A DNA stretch of 32,735 nt from Streblomastix strix (taxonomy: Eukaryota), in the NCBI GenBank assembly GCA_008636045.1, contig SNRW01000066.1, positions 1-32,735 on the forward strand. The letters are read 5' to 3'. This document shows positions 12,368 to 23,685 of the stretch, in pieces (position 1 is the stretch's first letter; each line of letters starts with the position of its first letter). Made by a program: the position numbers and the translations under genes. The notes beneath the pieces are model-generated. The model saw nothing but the letters and a program-made list of their open reading frames with translations. It was not told the DNA's origin and did not search any database.

Positions 12368-14143
12368 ATGCAAAGAAATAATAATCCACTTTCATAGTAA
12401 TAAATTAGAACGATAAGGTAATTAATCACAAATGATATAGCTTATTATATCCAGTATCAAAATCGTGATAGTGGTTCACGTAGTGGCCAATTGCAAAATG
12501 AAGATTATTAACTGTTTATAGATAACGATAACGCTTTAGTTTATGCTGCCAATAATTAAATCATTGATTGCCAAGCTTCAGATTTTGCATTAAAAATAGC
12601 CGCTGATGGTTTATTGACAGTAAAAAATTTAAAGGTTCTAAATTTTGATTTCGTTGCATAAATTAATCAATTAATTAATGAAGTAAATTAATTATAATCT
12701 GCCGTTGGTTCTATTGACTCTGATATTATTGGGGTAAAAAATGATATAATAACCATATAATAAGAGCTTGCAAGACAGCAGCATTTTCGGGGATATTATT
12801 TACTGAACACGGATATTTAAAATTTATCAAATTCCGCTGATGGAGAATTTGCATTAAGTGCCGAGAGTGGGACAGTATGGATGTATGACTCTAATTGGTA
12901 TAATAGCGGCGATATTGTCCCAGACTAGGTAACGCCTGCCAGTGATGCGGTGCCATTAGTGGATAGTGGCGCAGGTGTTGCTGGTATTTGCACAGAATAC
13001 GCCAGAGGGGACCATTAGCACCCCCTTTAAATTTCCGATGCTTTACCCCATGCTGATACTACCACGGGAGAGGCAGACACCGCAAATACTTATGCTAAAT
13101 CTGACCATACCCATCATGTAAATCTAAGTAATGACGTGCCACTAAAAGATTCAGGAACGGGAACATCTGGCACATCTAATATTTATGCCAGTGCTCAGCA
13201 TTAACACCCCCTTAATGTTGATCCAACTGTTGCAAATGTGCCACTGGTAAATACTACCGCAGCAGCTAATGGGATGAGTGATTTTTATAGTAGAAATGAC
13301 CATGTCCATCCTCAATAATTAACATATACGGGACTATTAGCTTCTGCCATGTTTATTAAAAATGGTGCCTAGGCAACTGATGTATTACTCGCAAATGGTG
13401 ATTCAAAACCTAAATCAGATATTGCGGGTGATGGGTTTGTGGCTAAAACAGGTAAAACGTTGCAAGCAGTATAAGATGTTTTACGTCATAGTGGCGATGA
13501 TGAAGAGTCGGAGGATGATGAGGATTATATAACTAGGGGAACAATATATAATTAATATGTTTCTAAAACATCGCCAGATACAATAATAGGTAGAAAAATA
13601 TTTAAAAATGATTACTTTTGGATATAACCAGCATCATCAACAAACCCATTAATTTTATTCAAAAATAGTAACAATCTTATAGAGTAATTAATAAATAGTA
13701 ATGAATTGATATTGACTATAAATACTGTTGATCCAGTTGGCATTCCATTATATATTAATTATCGGGGGAGTAGTTTAAGTACATAATATCCAAATTCATA
13801 ATTAGTTTAAAATTATATTTTAAAGGCAAGTTCATCAACATCATTTGCAGGCGTTACTTGTGGGACTACTTAAATAGATCCTATGGCAGATAATTTTAAT
13901 GATGGTTTAAGAATATCAAGAACAATAGAAAGTACAGGCAGTGCTTCGATTCAGTTAGGATGTAGTAGATCATCAAATATAGGATAAATTGCAGGATAAT
14001 AAATTATTTATACAGCAACAAGTTAATAAGGTGTTAATGCTTTAAGTTTTAAAATATCATTAGCATCTGATGCTGGTAATGCTAATAGAGGATTAGTTAT
14101 TTCAGATGATGGAAACACATCAACATTTAACGGAAGAGTATGA
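12368..14143 (+). CDS. Tail-fibre-like protein with four HxH repeats (591 aa)
   Basis: Open from ATG 12368 to TGA 14141-14143 with TAR=Gln. N-terminal coiled coil, then repeats YARGDHQHP, YAKSDHTHH, YASAQHQHP, YSRNDHVHP, then FIKNGAQATDVLLANGD and a C-terminal RGLVISDDGNTSTFNGRV. Confidence 0.75.
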
Positions 14144-14175
14144 TGATTCCGTTGATTATTTTTATTTTATATAAA

Positions 14176-14643
14176 ATGGATAAGCCAATAAAATAATTGT
14201 TTAATGAACTTGTTAAATTTCATTTTGAAAATGAGGATACAATAAGGGTAGCCATTGATACCCTAAATAATTTACTTATCAAAGATAATAAAGAGCCATT
14301 GCATCCACTTTTGAAAGAATTACAGAGGATAAATGAATAATTTCTAAATTTATAAAATAAATTATAAAGCATAAAATAATATGTCGATGAAGAAGAATAT
14401 AAAAATAAACTATTTAATGAACAGGAGAAATATTTTAAAAATAAATATAATTAAATTAAAAAGCAATTGGATTAAAATAACCAACCCCTATAAATCAAAA
14501 AATAAATAATTTCCGAAGCTAACGAAACAGAGAAATAAATATACACTGATTTTATAAATGACGCATAAAATAGTAGCTTGGTCAATTATTATCAGCTAAA
14601 CTTAACTTCATCAGGTAATTTAAGTAATGTAAATAGTTAATGA
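14176..14643 (+). CDS. Hypothetical coiled-coil protein (155 aa; may originally have extended to ~14860 or beyond)
   Basis: ATG 14176 in TATATAAAATG context; first TGA at 14641-14643. Protein-like sequence continues in frame past this and a second TGA at ~14692. Confidence 0.55.
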
Positions 14644-14881
14644 GTTCATCGGTTTTATCACTTACGGGTTCAATAAATGTATGATGATTTTTGAATTGCT
14701 GATAGGTTTATTTTTCATCCTCGGTTAAAATAGTTGGTTCAATTAATACCTCGAATATTTTAAATATCTCCTAATCTGTCGCGTTATATTATAGGCCAAT
14801 GTTTGTGGCTAATTAAAACAATTGATGCAATCCGTCAGAATTTGCCGAAGGCATTTAAGTAAAAATAAAAATAAATATTTT

Positions 14882-15244
14882 TCATATCCCAACGCATGAC
14901 TCATCGACGTATTCGTTTATGGCTTCGTTTATGGCTACGTTAATGGCCCCAATTATGACCTTCTTCTTATGATTCGATTATATGATTTGTTTTATGCTTA
15001 TTTTCTATTCATTATTATTCGTATCATTAAAGAATATATATTTTTCGTTAAATTTCCCGTACGATTTTAACTTTGTATAATCAGTAAAATCGCTATTTTT
15101 GGCCTTAATTGATTGATAAAATTATATGTTCCATAAAATGTGTTCATAAAATTATATGCCATTGATTTACTCTATTAGTTGCCCGTCCTACTTTACCTAG
15201 TTTTAGTTTAAATAAAATTCGAGTTTTTCAAATTGACTTTCCAT
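14882..15244 (-). CDS. Hypothetical viral protein (120 aa)
   Basis: Open ATG 15244 to TGA 14882-14884 with TAR=Gln (MESQFEKLEFYL...DESCVGI*). Confidence 0.6.
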
Positions 15245-15278
15245 TTTATATCAGATAAAAAACTAAAAAATAAAAAAA

Positions 15279-15446
15279 TCAAACTTATTATTTATCGTTG
15301 GGTAAATTCAACATTTTCAAATATAAAATGTATCGCCAGTTTTATGCTAATTCAAAATCTTTATTAGCTATTGCTTCGTTTAGAAATGCCTCAATTTATT
15401 ACTCCGTTAATTTATTTCAATGAATTATATTTTGATTCTTTCCCAT
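15279..15446 (-). pseudogene. Small viral ORF with one in-frame TGA
   Basis: MGKNQNIIH*NKLTEQQIEAFLNEAIANKDFELAQNWRYILYLKMLNLPNDKQQV*. Confidence 0.35.
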
Positions 15447-15666
15447 TTTCCTTCTATAAAAAAAACTATATTATATAAATTGTTATGTTTAGCGGCACCA
15501 ATACTATATCTAAATATCCCCACAATTATTTATCTAAATTAACTGTGTCCGTTAATCTATTAGGTATTGACACGGATAAAATAGATATAATAAAATTGAT
15601 ACCATAAAACATATAATTCATCACCCCCTTAATCAAATTCAAAATGATCATTTTATCCTCATAAAA

Positions 15667-16740
15667 ATGACATTTTAGGAATTACAAAATATTTAATTCA
15701 CGAACTAGGATTTACTGAATGAATATAGGACTAGGCCATTGACGAAAAATTCAGTGTTCCTCATCAACGGTAACCACTATATTGTTGGGGCTGTTGACTC
15801 TGGTAAAACAACATTAATGTCCAAGCTAATTATTATGTATAAGAATGCAATAGTGTAAATGCCAGTAATGGAAAACAATAAGTAAATAGCGACTCGCTCC
15901 GCTCGTCTTGACCCATATATATTATATTTCTCTAATTTTGGAGCGAATGAAACAATGGCATTAAATTTAAATAGTAAAGGAATATAAATAGTGAATATAA
16001 CATATGGCGAGGCAATGGTTTTTTTGTCAGAATTTGATGAGGTAAAATATTCAGCAAAAGAGGTGTATATTTATTATAAGTTTGGGGAATAAAATTATGA
16101 TTACAATAGCAATTTTATTAAACGAATGAAAGAGAAAATAATGGAAAATAACCCAATTAAACATGATGAAAAGCCATTAGTGTATGTCGAAAGAATTGCC
16201 GAACTATTTTAATCTACAATAATGGAGACCATAAATAAATACTCATAACCTAGCCAAATATTGCGGTTCAAAATTCCAGCACTAATTTAAAATGTATCTT
16301 TTCAAAAAAAATTAAAAGTAATAGATGATAAATAAACAGCAGACATAAAAATATTAAAAATACCTATTCTAAATGATGCACAATTATTGAATACATTAAT
16401 GCTCTTCGATGATGTTGGACCCAAAGCTGATATACAACGTTTTAGTAGTTCATTAGCCAAGACCATTACCCACTTGGTTAGTTATTCACGTCATAGTAAA
16501 AATACCATATTTTTTATAGCTTAACGTCCCCAATATTTGTTTAAGAAAGCGAGGATATTGTTGCACGTCATTTGTCTCGGGGTTCATTTAGGCGAGAGTA
16601 ATTTAAAATAAATTTATGAGGAGAATAGCATTTAAGGGCTTGATTACGATGAATTTTTATTATTATATGGCACGCTAAATAAATATGAGTTTATGGTTTT
16701 AAATAAGTGGCTCGGAAAATTCGAGCTATTGAGGAATTGA
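15667..16740 (+). CDS. A32/FtsK-HerA-like genome packaging ATPase (~357 aa)
   Basis: Walker A YIVGAVDSGKTT, Walker B LMLFDD, then the SRH arginine motif and FFIAQ, in the order typical of A32-like ATPases. ATG at 15667 and TGA at 16738-16740 are in the same frame. Confidence 0.85.
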
Positions 16741-16825
16741 GTCCTTGCAATATAGCAACCACTGATAAAATGATTTTGAAAACAACTTTATTTTTTTATT
16801 TTTTTATTTTTTTAACGACATTAAA

Positions 16826-17736
16826 ATGGAAGCACCAACAACGGCCACACAACAAATAATTTCAAACAATGAAACTTTCACTTTTGAAACCTATATGATG
16901 TTCGAGATAATGATACGAGATAAAGATGGATATGTTAATGCAACTAAATTATTAGCATAAATTAATGAACGTGAAAATACTGATAAATAGCTAAGAAAAA
17001 TATTTGAGTCTCCAGTATATAGAGATTATAAATAATTTCTGCAATATTTGTGTAGTGCCTAAATTAGGCACCACCCCCAGAAGAACTAGATTATTTGCTT
17101 CCATCAATATTTAATAATAATGTTAGAGGTAAATATATCCATAAAGATTTAATTAATATCATTTGTATGAAAACATCAATTAAATATTTACACCATGTAA
17201 ATAAAATAATGGATGCAATTAATGAACGTATAATAGCTACGCATGATGAAACAACAAGTATTTAAGAGCACGCAGCAGATACCATAAATATGGTCATTGA
17301 AGAATAAAATATAGCTATCGAAGAATATTAAAATGAAATAAAATAATTGAAACATCAAGCAGTGCCTAAAGATAAAGAAACAACATATTTATTAGCTATT
17401 GAATTAGAAGAAGAATGGCAGGATAAAATCACTTATTAAGTTAGACAATTAAATAAAAGACATTTATGCAAAAAAGAAATTAACCTATTTAAATATTCGG
17501 CGTTATTCTTTGATAACCTACCAATAGCAATGACCATAAATGAGAGGTTAAAAGAAGAGCTATAAAAAGAATTCATAGATATTGATTTCTTTAGTAATAA
17601 AATAACAGTGCCAGATGCAGATGACCAAAGACTATTGGATAGCATCAGCCGTATCATTGATGGGCTATACCCATTAATGTATCCGCATAAAAATAGCCCA
17701 TTAATGCTCAATCAATAACGTAATCACTAGCCTTGA
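16826..17736 (+). pseudogene. KilA-N domain DNA-binding protein, one frameshift
   Basis: IMIRDKDGYVNATKL...VRGKYIHKDLI is the KilA-N/APSES pattern, followed by a coiled coil. The frame changes near the C-run at ~17075; TGA at 17734-17736 overlaps the polB 3' end. Confidence 0.8.
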
Positions 17737-20700
17737 GCCCATAAACGTAAGGGCAACAGCTTTAATCTTTTAGCACTATAACCTTAGAGTGTATCCCAGT
17801 AATGTCATTCTTTTGTATTTCTATTTTTGAGATAATATAGTTCTTTTGCCTTAGTCTCATATTAGTCGCTTTTGTTATCGTTCCTTCATTAATGTTATCC
17901 ACTTTATTTTATTTACTATTTTTAGTCGTTTTCTAATTGACACCTTTTAGTTTTATCTTTTCTTTCTCGCCAACTTTAACATATTAATTTTTAGTGGCTT
18001 ATGCTATTATTTCTGTTCCTTCATTTTCGATTGCTAAACCTAGAACCTTTTTTTTCATCGTGTAAATCATTTTCTATAGTCGGGAAGTAATATTTAGCAT
18101 TATCATCATAAAATTATTTATCTTTAATCACATAATCAAATTATTATTTATAGATTTCCGTTTATTATCTTCCATTAATAGTATTACCAATATCCGTATT
18201 CCCACTAACCGCCCAATAAGCCGAATCAGTATATCCCTCCACAAAATGGAGTTTATCCATATCCAAACATTTGTACATAAAATTATATATAAAATTAAGA
18301 TACCAATATTTAGCATTATCCAGCACAAAATATGCCTCCTATATGGGTGTTTTACAAGTGCAAGTCTCAGGGTTCATTTATACCGCGTATGCATTATAAC
18401 CCAATTATTGTTCATCCATAAACATATTTGACAAATGGGCCTTTAGTGCTTCCTTCTAATCCAAGACTTTAATTTCGGTATATTTCTCTGTGTTCATTCC
18501 ATCAGATCCATATGATGAGTTCATAGTAATTTTACAAAATTGTTCTAATCCTTTATTTCCATCTAATTTCGTTTAAATTCGCTTGCCTATAAATTCCTTG
18601 ACGAACAGATTAAATCCTTCATGCTTATTGAATAAAATTAATTGCTTTACATCATCTATATTAAAGTGGCAGTCATCAATTAAGAACCATAAATAGTATG
18701 AGTTAAAAGACATAACTTTTTTATTGTTGATAATAAATTTGTTAGTTTTCACAATTTTATTCTGTTTTAATGCCATTATTTTTCATATGGTTATACATAT
18801 AGGAGCCAATGGTATCCTCATTAGTGGTAAATTTATAATTTCTTAAAATATGGGGGAAATTTATGAAATCATTAATGCATTTTTCGTCAATGTGTTCCTT
18901 TATCTCAGCAATAAATAAGTAATCACGACCATTAATGATATCCATTATTTTATCCTTATCATCAGTGCCGTCAATAACAGAGCCAGCCATATACATTTTG
19001 CCACCCGCACTTCGTGGGCTTCGCGTATATTTAATAAATTTATGTTCCGCTGATAACATAACGCTGGGATATAGAGAATTGAAATCAACACCTACGACAT
19101 GAGAAATTACATTGTTTGACGTTTGAACATGAACCTTCTTTTCCTCATATACGAATTATTTTATTACCTCTTTACCAGCTATAATTTCCCTATGCATGAC
19201 GTTAGACAAGCCGCCAATTATGCCACTACGAATGAGTTTATAATCTTCAAAATTTGTTAAATTAGTCGGGAGACATTTAAGCATGCAAAATCTTTTAAGC
19301 TATATAAATAATTTACTAATATTTTTATCTTTATTTGAACAATATTTATTGCAATATAAACAACATGGTTTTAAGTTTTCTTTTGTATGAGGTAAATCAT
19401 TATTGATACGGTCAAGTATTGGACGGTTATTGAATGTAAATTTATCCCCACAAATGGCACATGCTGATGTCTCTAATAACTGCTTAAAATAATCGAAATC
19501 AATGACGGAAAGGGGCTCCGAAGGAGATCCAACGCTTTAGTGTTTACCAGCCGCAGGCAGAGGCCGTGCCGACCTAATGGTTTGCGGATTGCTCTGCAAT
19601 CCTTTTCCACGATGTTTAATTTAGTCCTAAAATCTATAGCAATCCACTTTATATTTCCAATAAGAGGGATATGAAACGAATTTATTTGAATTATCTGGAA
19701 AGGGGGGATAATTAGCATTTATGTCAAAGTCCTTATAGGCTAATACGTATTTGATAGTGTTTGCACATGCAACCATGGACATAAATCTAAACATATCAAT
19801 TTTATACTCTATATTCATTTTTATTAAATTGTCTATTGGTGCTATCAATATTTTTGTATCCTGTTCGTTGTAATACTATAAATAATCCCACCTATTTTTA
19901 AATTATTTTGCGTCGTCTAAATAATTTATATATTCGGCTTCGCTCATTGATGAATTCTTTAGTGTTGAATTGAATGCCTCTTGGGGGAATGGATCGGATA
20001 AATTTAATAGTTCGGTATAGTTATCGGTATTAATGTATTCATATGGAAATACGCCTTTTTCATTGCCTTCAATAGAATCTCCAAAATTTTTAGCAAAATC
20101 CTTCAATGTCATCGGCTGAACATAAACCATTATATGGATGATTCCGCCCAAAACCAACCATTAATCTTTTTTCATATAAATATCTTTTAAATAATTTTGG
20201 AAATAATTTTCGTAAATAAAAAAATCTTAATTATTCATATTTAAAAAAAAAGTATAAAAAATATAATTCTGACAATTTTACTGCAAGAATGTGACTTAGG
20301 TTTATTATTAATACTAATATTAATTTATAAAATGGATTAAATTTAAAAATTGCAACTTTTTTTATTTTTTAGCGGCAGTTAGAGCAAATATCGGCAATTT
20401 TTGACATTTTTCATTTTTGCATTACATATTGAGTCATACTTTTTATTTTTGGTAATTTTGAGTAATAAATATTATTTTATAAATGATAATATGAATAATT
20501 TTATTTTATGCTTTAAGCAATGCTCGCAATTCGCAAAAAAAAATAAAAAAACGCATTTTTACAATGTACAACTATTAAATTATGTTATTTTATTATTAAA
20601 TAACTGTAAAAAATAATGTATAAAAATAATTAACATAAAAACAACAAAATCAATCGAAACAATTGTAAAAAATGAAAAAAATAAAAAAATCAATTTTCTG

Positions 20701-23171
20701 CCCCCTGAGCCGCGGAAACTGTAATATTATATAATAAATATATTTTAAAAAATAAATAAATAAGTTTGGATACATATTGGTGATAAATACAACCAGATTC
20801 ATAAAAATAAATCGGAATTATTTTTTTCGCACTTTTTTCGAAATGTGCACAAATATGTTTTTTACATTTATCAAAATTAATTCTAAAATTATTTTAAATA
20901 TTTTTATATTAAAAAAACATTAATGTTGCTTGAGAGCGGAACCACCCATATCACAGAATTTTAATTTAATTTATGAGTGCCTATGTTTAACAATAATTGA
21001 TTTCGCTTATGATGAACTGCCAATATAGCTTTTAATTTCCCAGTCTAACGATTATAGATTTTTTAAATATTAATGCAAAATCGAACTTTGTGCTATTGAA
21101 TCCAACGAAGGGAACTTCATTTGTAGTTAAAACATTAATTATTTTATCGTCATATTAATTGTCTTATTAAATTTATTCCGCTTCTTTGAATATTTATTTG
21201 TGCGATTAATTTTTAAAATTATCTCCATTTCGAAAGTCACAATATGTTGTTTTATACCTTATCTATTCTTAATTGTCGAGGCTACAGAAAGAAGAACTAA
21301 TTATGAAATCTATTTGCTTGATTTGCCAAAATCGTTATTAACTACTTTCTCCACTGTTTCAAAATCAAAAGTGATATAGTACTATGTTGGTTTAAATTCA
21401 TTTTCTCGATTATTTGCTAGTAAATATTAATAGATTTTGTTTTATATTATTTATGGGCAAAAAGGTCTTTGCACTGCTTCCGATTTAATTTCTTTGACTA
21501 TTTTACCTTCAATTATCTCGCATTTATTAATGTTTTTCTCATATTGTGCAACGAAATGAATGTCTTTAGAGTCAAATGCTTTTTATTTACAGAAGGGGCA
21601 AAATTTCAATCCTGTTAAAGATTCTGTATTCGAGATATAAAAAGCATGTTGAATCGTTGGTGTTTATTCATCGCTGGCTATATCAAATAATACATTAAAT
21701 TCAGGTACTTCAACGGGTTCATTTATTGTTTCATCGCTGGATTCATCTGCGGCTTCATTAACGTCTTCATTATATATATATATACCTTTGATTAATAATA
21801 ATATGTTTAATTTTCCACTTAATAACTATAAATATTTACATTAATTTTCTCCCCTAAAACGAATTTATCAATTTCTGTTTCATTATCAAATCCAGTGAAT
21901 TCATTTAGCCATTTTTGGAAATCATTTTCAGCAATACCATAAAATTTAGCCATATGTTCTTTTGCAATATGCTCTCGTGAATGTTCTTTAATTCTTTTCT
22001 CTGGAGTATCGGGATATTTAAATATATTATAAGCGTAGAACCAGCATATATTGTATTTGCTTCTTGCCGTTCTCAAACAGTTTCTATGACCCTTCACATG
22101 AAAATCAATTAGTTCCTTAATGCTGCCGCCTATGTGATACTGAGATAGTTTGAACGTTTTTATCATCATTGAATAAATCGCTATGAATCGTAATTTTGTG
22201 CTATCTAAATTATAGTTCTACATTTCAATTATTTCAGATTTTACAAATTGTTTATATTCCTCGAGATATTATTTATTGATGATTGATTTAGGGGTGTGCT
22301 TTTATGTCCTTGATTCATTGGGCGTAATGTTTCCGTATGATACTGCCAGATGACCATTTTTGTCACTATTTTACTCCTCATAAATTACTCCAAAATCAAA
22401 GGTAATTTTAAAAGGTTTATGGTTTTATTTTTCATAGACTTCATCAATAAAATTATTTATCTCGCCTAAAGAATAAATGAGATTGTTATAATATGTATAG
22501 CTCATTTCACCTTCATTATCTTTTTCAAAATGATACCCTTGGCGTGCCTAACTAACTGCTTCAATAAATTTATCCCCGATTTATGGAGGCAAATAAAGCA
22601 AGGTATTATACCAGTCATTTTCAATTTCATTAACTTCACCATTATTGTATTAGTTAATTTTATCCTTAATTTCATCGTTCTATAATATATCAATGTATAT
22701 TTATGGAAGAACAAAATTGCGTCTGGTTTCGCTAAAGTTCAAGGGCTTAGTGAATTAAATTGTTTCGTTGAGCAAACGCTATTGGATCTATTAATCATAT
22801 TCCTATTATGCTTATTCCTATTATTGTTCGTGTCAATATTCAAGCAAATCCTATTCATATTAATTTTAATGGAAATAATTGATTTTGTTATTTTACTCCA
22901 TTAGTTGTTGCTATTATTGTTGATGCTATTGATGCTATTGTTGTTGAAGTTGGTAATTCTGTGCTTCTTGCTGGGCCCTTCGAACCTGCACTGCATTTGC
23001 AATATATATTAATTGGGTTAAATTATTTCTTCGCCTTTTGGGGTATTCTAATTAATCCAATATTTGATTTAGTTATTATTTTAGTGCTGGTACTCTTAAA
23101 CGACGATTAACATTATTTTATCCAACACATTCAAGCAATAATAAAATTTCCTTCTTCTTTAGATATGGCAT
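17708..23171 (-). pseudogene. polB: Protein-primed family B DNA polymerase (~1500 aa), disrupted by frameshifts and a MITE
   Basis: With TAR=Gln: ExoI YITFDFET (~21360), ExoII VGFNSTKFD (~21090), GVDFNSLYPS (~19075), CKITMNSSYG (~18520), EGDTDS (~18235), KLKGV near the C-terminus. ATG at 23171, TGA at 17708-17710. Frameshifts near 22860, 21240, 18750 and 18050; insertion at 20136-20947. Confidence 0.93.
20136..20947. mobile_element. Non-autonomous DNA transposon (MITE, 812 bp) inserted in polB
   Basis: Imperfect TIRs of ~140 bp (left GGATGATTCCGCCCAAAACCAACCATTAAT..., right reverse-complement GGGTGGTTCCGCTCTCAAGCAACATTAAT...). ATAT flanks both ends (20132-20135, 20948-20951). Removing the element plus one ATAT restores the frame LKFCD-IMVYVQPMTL. 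Confidence 0.9.
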
Positions 23172-23243
23172 ATTTATTATAAATTAAAAAAATAAAAAAA
23201 TAAATTTAGTTTGGATAAATTAATTATGTTATATATGGAAATA

Positions 23244-23352
<109 letters not shown>

Positions 23353-23353
23353 A

Positions 23354-23668
23354 TCAATGTTCAAATATAAATTCGTAGTTAATGGCATCAAATTCGGTTT
23401 TCAATTCTGGATATGATTAATATAAAACATTGATGATTTCTTTATCTTAATATAGCCGTTATTTGTATATTTTTATCCATTTTTATGCTTCATCAATAAC
23501 ATCATTAATTAGTTTCCGTTATTGAACCAATTTATGACATCCAAAAGGCATATACTATTGAGTATATTTATCTGGGTTAATTATTTAATCTTAATAAGCT
23601 TTAATCTTCCGAATACAGAAAGCGTAATCTATTGCTGTTTATTAGTAGTAATCGATTTTTTTGTCCAT
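23354..23668 (-). CDS. Hypothetical viral protein (104 aa)
   Basis: Open ATG 23668 to TGA 23354-23356 with TAR=Gln ([10 protein letters not shown]...YEFIFEH*). Confidence 0.65.
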
Positions 23669-23685
23669 TTATAATAAATAAAAAA

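Noticed and set aside
14912..14948. Short 12-bp tandem repeat (TTCGTTTATGGC-like x3) as a CRISPR-like or regulatory array
   Set aside because: No spacers; it encodes the AINV-AINE-AINE repeat of the 14882-15244 protein.
15485..15670. 61-codon ORF overlapping the ATPase start (ATGA)
   Set aside because: Short and motif-free; it could equally be a frameshifted N-terminal extension or chance, since TGA-only stops make short ORFs common.
20401..20616. 71-aa ORF inside the MITE as a possible transposase remnant
   Set aside because: Low-complexity AT-rich translation with no DDE or DNA-binding motif.
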